DNA of 48,323 nucleotides from Perkinsus olseni (Eukaryota): NCBI GenBank assembly GCA_013115125.1, contig JABANN010000241.1, positions 1 to 48,323 of the forward strand, read 5' to 3'. Shown piece by piece: positions 1 to 11,395 of this stretch (position 1 is its first letter; each line of letters starts with the position of its first letter). The notes under the pieces were generated by a model. It saw only the letters and a program-made list of their open reading frames with translations, ran no database searches and was not told where the DNA came from. The position numbers and the translations under genes were made by a program.

Positions 1-120
1 GGTACCAGTTAGACGGGTTCCTGTCCCGTGACCGAGGCCTTAGGTGGGGACCTAAGTGCCTCAGGTCCTCTCCTCACCACCCAGTCGACTAAGTTTGGAA
101 ATGTATAGGAAGGGGTTACA
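1..120. mobile_element. Possible terminal part of an LTR (ends GGGGTTACA; TGTAACCCC on the minus strand)
   Basis: Canonical TG..CA-type LTR terminus right after the stop codon of the neighbouring gene, with an internal hairpin at 34-62. The other end lies outside the window, so it cannot be confirmed. Confidence 0.25.
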
Positions 121-128
121 CGTGGGGA

Positions 129-2868
129 TCACTGGAGCCAGAGTTGACACGACAAATACCCGCGGGAATATCTCGGCCGAATAAAATCATCACGATGCCA
201 AGCAATAGAAAAGATAGTCGGGAAAATCGATTAACAGTTGACTTACGTCGCTCCCGCCAAGGCACCGGCGAGGCATCCGTTGGCTCGAGTGTCGCCGCCG
301 CAGCTGATGGCCCAGCTCAGAATCAGATGCATCTCTAGAAATACAGTCGGTGAGAATTGAACCCGGGACCTTTCCATGAAACGACAACACTCTTACCGTT
401 TTGACCAAGCGTTGGGCTGGCGTTAGCGGTCTCTTCATAGAACTCTTGAGCAAGATCAATCCTATTGCTTGCGTTGAGGATGTTAGGAGAGAACGTAGAC
501 GGATCCAAAGACACTCCGCCCATTTCAGTAGTCCTGAAGAATCCATCTCATAATTTCGTGGCGCGCGAGAACCAATTCACCGACGCTCTTCACCACAATT
601 CGACACCATAAATACAGTAATTGTGTTCAAGAGTATGGACGCTCATCTTGCTATCTTGCTCTCTCTCTTATTTTCTCAACTCGCTGTCATAGCCAATTTC
701 TACCATCTCAAGTAGTATACACCCTTCGTCAAAGTCCACAGTATTTTGCGTTCTACAAGTACATCTCAGCGTCCCCCCTCTCTCGAGACAATTGCCTGGC
801 TCAATCGAAGATCTCGCTCGCCCGAAAATTCCGAAAGATATGCCACAATTTTCATCAGCACCCGAGACAGGTTACCCGACAACACATCAGAGAGGGGAAT
901 CTTACTCGTCTTTGCCGTGAACCTCTTCCCCAACCTCAGCTTGCTTAATGGAGAAGGCGACCACTGGCAGGGTCGTGCTGGCCATGGCGCTTTGACCGAT
1001 CTACAGAGAAAAAATGTCGCGCGCCACGAAATTATTGTGGACCTACCCTGGCGGCTAGTCGCTTCTGTTCGTTCATAGAAATCTCATCGTAGTTTGCAGG
1101 AGTCGCCAACTGGAGGGCAGATGCCGTGCTGAGAGGAAAGATACTCAATAGGTCGAAGAGAGGTTGTGACGGAAGGAAAGATACTCAATAGGTCGAAGCG
1201 AGGTTGTGACGAGAGGAAAGATACTCAATAGGTCCAAGCGAGGTTGCAACGAAAGAAAAGATACTCAATAGATCGAAGCGAGGTTGTAACGAGGGGAAAG
1301 ATACTCGATATGTCGAACCGAGGTTGTGACGAGAGGAAAGATACTCAACAGGTCGAACCGAGGTTGTGACGAGAGGAAAGATACTCAATAGGTTGAAGCG
1401 AGGTTGTGACGAGGGGAAAAATACTCAATAAGTTGAAGCGAGATAAATAAAAATAAAAAGATATTCGATACCCACCCTCCCTTACGCAATATCCTTGATC
1501 CCAGTCGGATCGAATACTCCGCTTCTCAATGCGCCCCTCGCAGAATCTGTCAACATCTTCGCCTTCCCCTTCGCAACCTCATGAACAGGTACGGCGTCCG
1601 CCAACTGAACAGACAACAGCGTCGCGCTCGCAACGCTCGAAAAAAATATCTTCATCTCATTCACGCACAATTCGGAAAAGAGAAAATTTACATGAAAAAA
1701 CGAAGTGAACGTTTCTCGGTCGTCGGACAAAGCTGCGCCAGTGACGTGAAGAGCGCTCGAAAAAAACAATTTCCATACCACAATTTTCTCGCAAGGGACG
1801 GGGGAAAGAACAGGAAGCGGGTCCTCTCCACTAACAAGTGGCTTCGCGAAAAAAGTCAGTTTAGAATATTTTTTTCAAGCAGAAAATGCACAAAAAACCT
1901 AATGTGTCAAACTGCGCACAGCGAAGATTCTACCTACCATCTGAAAGATTCTCTCATACTCGCTATCCGGGAATAGCGCAGCTGGCAAACTCCTGATCAT
2001 CACGGTATTACCGCGAAGGGTGCTGGACTTGGGAGCCTCGCCAGAAAGGACCTGGGCCGAAATCGATCGCGCGATCGATTATGGTATCATATTACCGAGC
2101 TCAAACCAGCTCCCCATTTCAAGTGATTCATGTCGGGGTCGTTTATCAAATCTACAAAAGTCCGTCGAAGAGTCGCGCTATCTCCTCCATCGAGCGCGTT
2201 CTTGGTCGCTTCTAGCATCTAAGGTCGACCCATGCAAGATACAAAAAAGGTTGACCCTATTACCATATAGCCGTTGCACGAGAGCCTGAACAACCATTTA
2301 CCCGGCGAGAGCTTCGCCAGCGACGGCGCCAGAGCTCGGTAGGAAATCGATTCGGCCACTTCAACCATCGGTAGCGCATCAACCCCAACATCATTGAACC
2401 TATTCCGTGACAGTCACGAGTCAACCTCAAGATACGCGAGTAATCACATCAGTAGTTGTACTCATTTGAAAAAGATAGAAAATTTTCCGGAAAATGGGGA
2501 GCGAACCTTAACAAGGACGCAAGTGCGCTCTCCGCATCATTTACTCCGAAAAAGAGATGAATCCAGCATCCCGAAATCACCTCAAAAAACCCCAGTATAT
2601 TCATACTCTCTACAGTCTAAAAATTACGCTTCAACATGCAAAGGGTCAAAGCTCTTTGAAAAATATAAAATAGATTTCCGCGCTTCCCCGACACGGTCGA
2701 ATGGTATCTTCGGGTCGAGCTTGTAAGATACAAGATAGGTCAAGATACTCACCTCGTGCCAAAACAATCTCCAATGATGCCGCCCAGAAGCATCCCTCTA
2801 ATCCTTGACTGCAGCACGCTCAAGTTAGCACTCATAAGAGGAAGGCTCTTGCCAACTGCCGACGACAT
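129..2868 (-). CDS. ADP-ribosylglycohydrolase (ARH/DraG family)-like protein, multi-exon
   Basis: The first exon encodes MSSAVGKSLPLMSANLSVLQSRIRGMLLGGIIGDCFGTR (family N-terminal RxRGxLLGxxxGDxxG motif). The penultimate exon (334-247) encodes EMHLILSWAISCGGDTRANGCLAGALAGAT (GGDTD..AGALAGA motif). GT-AG introns include 335-396. Internal exons are only partly resolved. Confidence 0.75.
1131..1442. repeat. Intronic minisatellite, 40-bp unit, about 7.8 copies
   Basis: Unit GAGAGGAAAGATACTCAATAGGTCGAAGCGAGGTTGTGAC starts at 1131, 1171, 1211 ... 1411, with no unique spacers. Confidence 0.95.
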
Positions 2869-3042
2869 CCGGAAAATAGTAGGAAAAACAGATGAGGAAC
2901 TGCAGCAATGTACATTGAGGAAATGCAAGATGCGCCAAGAATGCAAGATCCCAACTCAAGTCCTGGTTGACGTAAGCTCTACTTCGTAGAGAGACCGATA
3001 TATGATTGTTAGAGCAACAGCACTATTTGGTGGAACAAACAG

Positions 3043-5232
3043 TCACTTCGTGGTGTTATCAGGAACTGGAAACATATATCTGACACGCGAACCGTAGAGC
3101 ACTGCGCCTTCCACGCCAAGACCCTCGGTTCTATCCCCACACCCTGCATTTTTATTACAGCAGCCGCCTCTCGGCGTCTTCTTCGTCCTCATCTCCTTCC
3201 TCGAGAACTTCCATGCGGCCTTCTGGATACTCATCGAACAGCAAATCGAACATGTACTGATCTTCGAGCATCGACCCACGGTATTCGTAAACCTGAGGCG
3301 TATCTTCGAGTATCCAACCTCATTGCGAAAAACCAGCATCGAGCTAGGATACTCATATACGTGAGGCGTATCTTCGAGTATCTAACCTCAATGCGAAGAA
3401 CCAGCATCGAGCTATGATACTCATACACGTGAGGCGTATCTTCGAGTATCCAACCTCAATGCGAGTAACCGCCATCGAGCCAAGATATTCGTACACGTGA
3501 GGCGTATCTTCGAGTATCCAAGACCGACTCGAGACCGATAGCAGCGAGAAGCGATACGCATGATGAACACTCAGAAGCCTGTCCTCCTGTTTTCAAGAAG
3601 GCTTTTTTCGTTCGTTTTTTTGCTTCTTTCCGTATCCGAGGTGGACCCACGAAAAACAGAAAGAGGAGAATATCTTTCGAATTATTTCAACAGTACCCTC
3701 CCAAGTAGGTGGTATCCTATTCTGCAATAAGCACGCATGCACATAAGATACGCCAGAGGAAGCAAAATCCCTCAACCGCCTCACACTTCCTCATAGACCA
3801 AGCGCGTCATTTTCGGCCCCAACCAACTCCTCAGTCACGCGAACGAAGAGAAGTACGAAATAACGCTCCCTGAAGAGGTGTCACTGCGCCACGAAATTGC
3901 CCTTCTCCTATTACAATGAGGACCTTCCCGCCAGGCTTCACTGTCTTTCTTATAGTCTGCATGAGGGCTTCATAGACATCTTCCCCCTGTTTATAGAGTA
4001 CCTATTAAAACGGCAAAGGCGCTACTGGGACAAATACGATGTGTCCCTCCGCGCAGCGATTTATGCTACAATCACTATATCAATAGAATAAAAAGGACTT
4101 CCCTATGAAGTTAATTTATGCTACAATCACTATATCAATAGAATAGAAAGGACTTCCCTATGAAGTTAATTTATGCTACAATCACTAGTTCAATAGAATG
4201 AAAAGGAAAGCGACGCCTGAGAACTAACGCCCATGAATTTCTCACTACTGGCTTGATTCAGCGCAATCTATTATGTTCGTAAAACTAACAGTGCCCGTTC
4301 TTTCCCGCGCGCCACAAAATTGCTCCCATAACTGACACTAATTAGCCTCAAGATATTACCTCACAGCACAATACAACATCATACTGCTTTCGAGGAAGCT
4401 CATCAACAGCCGCCATATCCCCCCAAGGACAGGCATGCACCTGTGAAAACACCATCACATCGACAAAATCTTGCTATCTTGCCCTCACTTGAACTTCCTC
4501 AACGCTCTCAAGGCCATTACAACGGCAGCTTTCTCGTAGCCGCTTAAGTCCTTCCGGCAGGTCGGTCAGAGTTACCGACTTTGCCCCCATCATGTAGCTT
4601 GCGATGCCTCCGAACCCCGTGCCTAGACGATGCATTTAGCGCGCGCCCTAGTAATCGATTTGGCGATACTGTACTACCACTCCCGAGCTCCAACACGTCC
4701 TTTCCGTGGACGATTTCCGGGCGCAGTGACAGATAGTCCGCAAAACACCGCGCTGCCGGCCAGAGCATCCAACCTAAGATGGGATCATAGAGGTCAACCT
4801 GACCCGGAAGATACTCTTAGGTCCGCACGAACACACTCGACCTTATTCGTATCTTGCCACGGACAATGACAAGATATCCTCAACAAACCTAGTAGAATTG
4901 CAGGCTGGTTCCACATAGCTTCTACACGAGATAGGCCCACAGGTCAGACCCAAAAATTTTGTGATTTATCCGAAATTTCCGTAAAATTTTTCGATGCGAA
5001 CAAATCACCGAAGTCCCCGAACACTACCAGTCGGATCTCTGTCGTCGTTCGAGATCTCCTGCGGTATGATGACGCTGAATTCTGACAAACGGAAAATATT
5101 AAAAGCAAATCTACATCGCTTCGCTCCGCTCAATTTCCCAGAATTATCACTTTTTCCATCAGATTCTCCATCGTAGGTTCTGAAGCCGTTGGCTCTTACT
5201 GGACCGTCATCGTGGAGACCGGCAAATGACAT
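3043..5232 (-). CDS. METTL21/METTL23-type protein lysine methyltransferase (Methyltransf_16 family), multi-exon
   Basis: Spliced reading: EFSVIIPQEISNDDRDPTG|WMLWPAARCFADYLSLRPEIVHGKDVLELGSG|TGFGGIASYMMGAKSVTLTDLP...HACPWG...YDVVLCCE|VLYKQGEDVYEALMQTIRKTVKPGGKVLI. Likely C-terminus EVLEEGDEDEEDAERRLL|YMFPVPDNTTK*. The start codon and exons between 3900 and 3250 are uncertain. Confidence 0.8.
3267..3521. repeat. Minisatellite, 68-bp unit, about 3.7 copies (probably intronic)
   Basis: TGAGGCGTATCTTCGAGTATC(C/T)AA recurs at 3294, 3362, 3430 and 3498. Confidence 0.9.
4059..4207. repeat. Intronic minisatellite, 55-bp unit, about 2.7 copies
   Basis: ATTTATGCTACAATCACTA... starts at 4059, 4114 and 4169, inside a methyltransferase intron. 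Confidence 0.9.
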
Positions 5233-5617
5233 AACAGGATCAACTACAAGTATCTTTAGGTTGCGTCCGTTACCATCTCCAACTACAAGATACTTCCATC
5301 AGATTCCGCTCAGTAGTCACAGAACATCCTTCTGGTCGCAAGGAAGTTTCTAGGGTGCTGAATTTCCGAGGAGCCGACAATGCCGTCGGGTTCAGTACCA
5401 TAAAAACCCCTACACAAGCTGCGTCGGAACTTAACGCGACTGATGCCATTAGCCTAGGACGGGCACCTGTGACATACGTTCGCCTACCATACGACTCGGT
5501 CACAATCCTTAATCGGAATTTGTTCTCTTCTAGTACCGCACCTTCCCCTCCTCCCAACTCGAGACTATTCAGAAGGACAACAGTAAGGGTAATATACATG
5601 TTGAACAGCGTCTTCAG

Positions 5618-7451
5618 TCAATTAGTATGAACAAATCCAACGCCTCGAATATACCGACCAACCTAGAAAATGGATCACGAGGGGATTGAACCCGCGACCT
5701 CTCCTACCGGAGTCGCAACTGCGGCCCCGGCAGGCTGTATCAGCTCCCGAGTTCTTCCTCCTCCTGACGGCGGCGTCCGAAAAACTCGAGACCGCGACCT
5801 CGATCGACCTAATAACCCAACTGTCAGCAAAAATCGGGTAATTTCGTGGCGCGCGGGAAATAGTGAGAGTACAATTTGAGTGCAAACGAACCCAAATTCC
5901 CAACGAGGCCGAAGAAACTTCGGATGCCGAAATTTGTCGCGCGCCGCGAAATTAGACGACCGTACATTATAAGATCCTCACCTGCGCTAGAGCTTCTAAT
6001 GCGTGAGCTAGATGCCGATGCCGCTCGCTCTATGACGCTCCTTGCATGCTTGAGATACCTACCCGGAGGTCCCCGGTTCGAACCCACCCAACGACATTTC
6101 CCCTACCGATCGATCTGCGACTCCTCGCCTTCCACGCTAGGGATATTGATGACCGTTTCAGTTTCACCACTAGCCTGAAAAACCTATGCCAGAAGCGCGC
6201 GCCCGCGTGATCGATTTAAACTCACTCCTAAGGTTGTGAAATGACGAGGTTCGTAACCTCCACCTGTACGGACCATGTAGGTTAAATTAGACAGATGTTC
6301 CGCATCGTGTGGTACCGAACCTGCTTAAATTCTGCACGCTCACACCAACCAAAGATACTCCCACCTTCGCCAACAAATCGATCAATCAGCTCCTGCGTGA
6401 ACTCCGCCAATTTCGCTAGCGTATCTTTCATCCTCTCCACCACTTCCTTCTGTTCACCCAGCGAGGACTCTGTCGAAGCGCAGCTAAACAGAAAAATATG
6501 GTCTAGCGGAGCGAAGCGCAACACGTGAAATCACAAGCTGTCAGCGTTTAAAAATTCAACCTGCTTCGCTCCGCTAGAGCCACGGGGAGAAATCGCTACA
6601 ACTGCTGAACTCTCCAAAACCTTTCACCTGTACGAAGTTCAAAATCGATCCGATTCATTAGACCGCAAACACCATAAAAGCACCCGCCGCGATTCGAACC
6701 TCCGCCCTTCAGCATCACAGCCCAACCGCATTACCACTGCTCCAACTTGCGACTCTTCTCCTCAGCCTCTCTTAACTGTGCCGTCAGCAACTCAACCTTC
6801 CCCCCAATGGATGCATCTAATAACGAACATACCGACCATATCTGTAATGATGATTCCCAGGTTCCCTCCCCCTTCCCATTACCGAGTTGTTTGGAATGGT
6901 TCTGTGTCTCCAACACCGCCGCGTCCATCTCAGACCTGTCCGCCTTGGCCGACTCCAACTGCTGATACAATTTATGTAATTCGAGAGCATCTAAAGTACA
7001 TTCATGCACATTATAGGTCAACCTCGGATACCCCAGGACACCCCGAGCATACTCCTAAACTATGCAGAAGGAAGTGCACCCGTCGGAGTCAACCAAACGG
7101 AAAGCGACTTCACCCGAAATCTGCCAGCATCAACCTTGGATTCCCAAAGATACGCCGACTCACCGCGAGTACACTGGAGAACCATCTCCTTAGTCGCATA
7201 TTCCCTCGGCAACGCCACTTCCTTAACCTCCCGCACCGCTGCAAACGCAGCCTCTATTCCTTCACGCAACTACACAGAAAGCAATCACGTCACTTGCAAT
7301 CTTGCATTTCCTCAACGCTCACCTCGATCAATCTCCCCTCAATCATCTCCCTCGGACTGCTAGCTCTGCTACTACTGCTCCTGCTCGAAACGTTCGCCAC
7401 CACCCCTTCTCCGCCGGGAGGCTCAGCCGCTGCGGGTGGGAGGGTATCCAT
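5618..7451 (-). CDS. Hypothetical coiled-coil protein, multi-exon
   Basis: ATG at 7451 (MDTLPPAAAEPPGG...). Heptad-rich exons (ALELHKLYQQLESAKADRSEMDAAVLE; GKVELLTAQLREAEEKSRKLEQW; EQKEVVERMKDTLAKLAEFTQELIDRF). Last exons ...AAVATP|VGRYIRGVGFVHTN*. Short GT-AG introns. Confidence 0.6.
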
Positions 7452-7582
7452 GTGACGGATCCACTCTTCGACCTCTTCTATGCGAGCTTCTAATGGTTGA
7501 AGCGTATCTTAGGAAAGTCAATCAACAAAACTTGCAATCTTGCTATTCCTCAACGCGCGTGTACCCGTCACTGACATCCCAT

Positions 7583-10500
7583 CTAAGACCGCTCGATCAA
7601 CAAAGCACTCGCTCCTGCTAATCTTTTGATACAATAAGCTGCTCGGAGAGTAATAAAATATACAAATACATGTGAAACGGTTGATCGATTTGGATACCCT
7701 ATATATATAACACTCTCTCGACTATTACCATTAGTCCTCCGTTCAAGCTCCTCTGGCCCAATTTTCATTTTCATCTCTTCCGCCGTTGACTCCCTCAAAA
7801 TTGCTATGTCCTTATTAATCAAATTTTCAACTTCCTGCTTCGCTCCGCTAACCTAACGCCCAAGCAAGGTCATGCTGGCAACATACACGCATCAAAGATA
7901 CTTCCGCTTCGACCATGGTAAGACAGAAAATTCGATCACAGAAATACACACCTCTACTAAACACATACTCGCGAATTTCATCGACGCGAAGCGTATCCAA
8001 GGTCGACCCTGGCGCATGACGGGTTCACTCGGATCACATTCGCTTGTAACTAAGATTTCAAGTTTCCATCACCTCAGCGGTATTCACCCTACGTCAGCAG
8101 TTCACCATATCTTTTGTTCTGCAACTACATCTCAGCGTCCCCGCATTAGTTGCAACAATAAGGCCCAGCAAGTATCTTTAAGTCGACTCACGACCTTCAC
8201 ACCTTTTAGTATTTTATCACTAGTACTACCTCATGTACACGATGTCTACAATCATTCAGATGTGAGCAGAATCAATGACGAAGAAAATGATAATGCATAT
8301 CTTCCACGCCCGTGACTGACGTGCTTCGACCTCTATATATCATGCAAGCAACTACCTCGGATTCCATTCCCTCCCGTAACCCCTCAAACTCCGCTTTCCG
8401 TCGCCATCGCGACAAAGCAGCTCGCTGATGATCATGAAAAATCTACAGCAGAAACGCCTTACAATTTCGTGGCGCGCGACATTTTCCTATACCACACCTT
8501 TCCCAACTTCCTCATAGCTGCCCTTCTGCGCATCGCCTCCCACTGGGTTTGAAACCAGAGAGAAAAGACGTGATGTTGCAGCCGACGCTGATGGAACTCG
8601 CAGGCAACTACAAAGAGGCGGCTCGTAATCGAAAGGTCCCGAGATCGATCCCCGGGTACCTGCAGTTAAAATGTGATCTCTGGTGTAGGTTAGCAACTGC
8701 TTCGACCTCTCATGCCTAAGGTCAATATTCCAGAGAACCCGGGTTCGAACCGAAGGCTCACCATTTTGCGCTATTTAATTCAATCCTTTGCTCCACTTCC
8801 TTAAACTCCTTTTTATTCACTCGTTCCACGGCATTCCGAATCTCCGACCAGAGGGAATCTCCGTACTGCACAATAAGCACGTATGACCTCAAGATACCCC
8901 TCAGAAATACTATTCCCAAAACATAGTCCAAAATATTACAAAAAAATTGAGATCGCATCAGTATCGTCGGAGGTCACGCTTCACCTTCATATCCCCAAAA
9001 ATGCCGCCGCCGGGGATTGAACCCGGGACCTCCTGCATCACCTTCTGATTGATATCCTTTCTAACGTGCTGAACATCTTCCACCACACCACTAACTGTAG
9101 ATGCTAACTCCTTCACTTTACCATTCAGCTCATCAACCGACGGCTTCATCGTGCTCTCCCAACTTGCCTGAGTGAGCGGCACCCATCAGAACAGCACAAT
9201 ACGGACATCAAAAACCACAAACACCCAAACATGGAAAAACTATTATTAATGATTACCTCATTTTACAATATTCTATGAACTTAAGTTCATAAGGATATAT
9301 GAAGTAAAATATTAGGTATTCATATTTGTGGAGCATCGGAAATTCCACCGACAATGTTAATGGTAATCACGCAAGGCATTCACTCCGCAACCAACTTAGC
9401 AACTACCGAAATACGTCACCCACGTCTCTTACAGAGATCGAGACGCCGAACAGTCCTCAAGTCTAGTCATCGGAGGTCCGATCGAGATGAGCTCAAACGA
9501 GAGTGGCTACACGGAAAGCAGTAGAAGCCGTCACGGAAGTGGAATCGAACGGTGAGATGATTGCGGTGGCCACGAAAGAAACTACCAAGCCCGGAATTGA
9601 ACCCGAGTCCTTCCGCATCACCTTCAGCGTTCTAACCGCGTCGCCACTTTCGCTGACTTTATTCTCCAACACAGCAAACTTGCTCAGGAGCTCCGACTGC
9701 TGCAGCTCCAACTTCGCCAAGGGAGGATCCACGCCAGCAACCTTCTCTCTCAAATCTCGTATAACCTCATCATGACTGAGTGGAGCGAAGACATCCACCC
9801 CTTCTGCCCACCCCGCAAAAGAATCAAACTGTCGCGTGACAACTCGCTGAGAGATCAAAGCGAGTCCGTCCGCAAGGCAAGATATGTCAACATTAGCTTC
9901 GCCACCACTATTCCAGTCACTTTCCATCACCCACTCAGCATTCAGAACGGATACGTAATAATTGTCGCAACTGTGGGAGTAGTTCAGGTGAGAGAACGGT
10001 TAACCCTAAAAGCCCCTCCGAGCACTTCCATCCGAGGCGCGTTGCCATGCAGCTTTGCCATTAAGTCATTCGGAAAGGGAAGCGCGATCTTCGTCGCTCT
10101 GACCCCAGCGTACTACCCGTCAATTTTCCCCTGGAGACCTCCAAAGTCCCTCCCTTCCAACTCGCGCAGTCTCTCCGCTGAAATAACATCCGTATCAGCC
10201 CAGTCGTCATCACGTTCGACTCTCACGCGGAAGATCTCCAGTTCAAATCGTACCACCGGAATTTTCGAGCTACCCCGCCAACAGCCCCAAGCCTACCCAT
10301 AACATCGGACTTTTCCATCATCTCTGCCACCTGCGCAGTCAACTTCGCTGTCACTCCACTATTCTCCTCAAACTGGGCACGAATTTTCTCTGAAAGAACC
10401 GCTGGCTCAGCAGGATAAACGTTCCTCCTCACACCCCAACGAGCCCGGTTCTATCCCCGCAACTACTCTATTGCAACTAGTCGCAATTATTATAGTAGTC

Positions 10501-10622
10501 TCACTTCGAACAGCTAATGACGAATCAAAAATTGCCCACTCCAAATCGAGCGTGTTAGCGCTGGATTGATTGGCCTTCGACGCCCCTTCCCACAGGCTCC
10601 CACCCACGACTCCCTTCGCCAT
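7583..10622 (-). CDS. Hypothetical coiled-coil protein(s), multi-exon; boundaries uncertain
   Basis: Coiled-coil-like exons bounded by GT/AG: VLSEKIRAQFEENSGVTAKLTAQVAEMMEK; VIRDLREKVAGVDPPLAKLELQQSELLSKFAVLENKVSE; SVDELNGKVKELASTVSGVVEDVQHVRKDINQK; SEIRNAVERVNKKEFKEVEQRIEL. This may be more than one gene. Confidence 0.5.
8997..9031 (-). promoter_or_regulatory. Intronic tRNA-derived extended B-box element (best-preserved of about 22 copies)
   Basis: The minus strand reads AGGTCCCGGGTTCAATCCCCGGCGGCGGCA-TTTTT: tRNA variable loop, T-arm, 3' acceptor strand and oligo-T, with no tRNA 5' half. Confidence 0.7.
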
Positions 10623-11328
10623 TATTACCAATCTCCTCCCAAGAAGCGGAAGCCTTCTCTGCCGTTGCGTTTTGGTGGGATGCGATCTGTTGCAGGGCCT
10701 GAATCCGTCACCAATCCCCTCCGGCCACGACTTCACGCGCCCGAAAATCCTCCCGCCCTCCGCGAAAGAAGTCGTAAAACAACATCAGATTAACCTTGTT
10801 TTTATGGCTTGCCGAGCAGACTTGTAATTGTATACATTTTCACACAGTAAAGGAAGGGTCGACCGACTAGATGAATATTGCTTCAGCCTCCTCCCGGTTA
10901 TTACCTTAGCGACCGACCCCAAGTCGATGGATATGCTCCCCAGGTCTCCAAGCTCAAGAGGCTCGACGTCGACGGCCATGAAAGGCGAATGGGGATAAGC
11001 TGGTGAGCTGATGGCACAATTCCGTCTTGAACTCAACTCAACTTGAGCAAGACAAATCGATCACCGAGGCGAGCGCAGATATAATCGCAGCAGGATCCCC
11101 AATCGAAAAGAGCGCGCCTCCACCTGTAAATGCCGAACTTAGTCTCAAAAAATATCTGGTGTTGACGGTAGGGTGCGTGGCTGAGCACCAGCAGGTTAGG
11201 GGGTCGATTCTGGGGAGGCATATTTTTGGCTTCGCATATAATTGGTGCGCTCCAATTTATCTTGCTCTCTTTGCTCGTTTCTGCAATCCATTCCGGACTG
11301 AATGGATAGGACTGAGACGCCTCGTCCC

Positions 11329-11395
11329 GTATATATATCGATATATATCGATATATATCGATATATGTCTGTATGTATCGATATATATAGATATC
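11329..11395. repeat. Self-complementary (ATATATATCG)n-type simple repeat
   Basis: Directly visible 10-bp period with overlapping palindromes centred on TCGA and TATA. Confidence 0.85.

Noticed and set aside
1131-1442. Regular 40-bp repeat as a CRISPR array (also 3267-3521 and 4059-4207)
   Set aside because: Head-to-tail units with no unique spacers, located within eukaryotic genes, and no cas genes. These are ordinary minisatellites.
1482-1655. MKIFFSSVASATLLSVQLADA as the start of a separate secreted protein
   Set aside because: It lies between the N- and C-terminal motifs of the ADP-ribosylglycohydrolase-like gene, so it is more likely an internal exon.
6778-7455. 225-aa plus-strand ORF (likewise 7872-8315, 9772-10302 and the minus-strand 39271-39762)
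   Set aside because: Antisense shadows of spliced genes on the other strand, favoured by the strand skew. No protein-like features.
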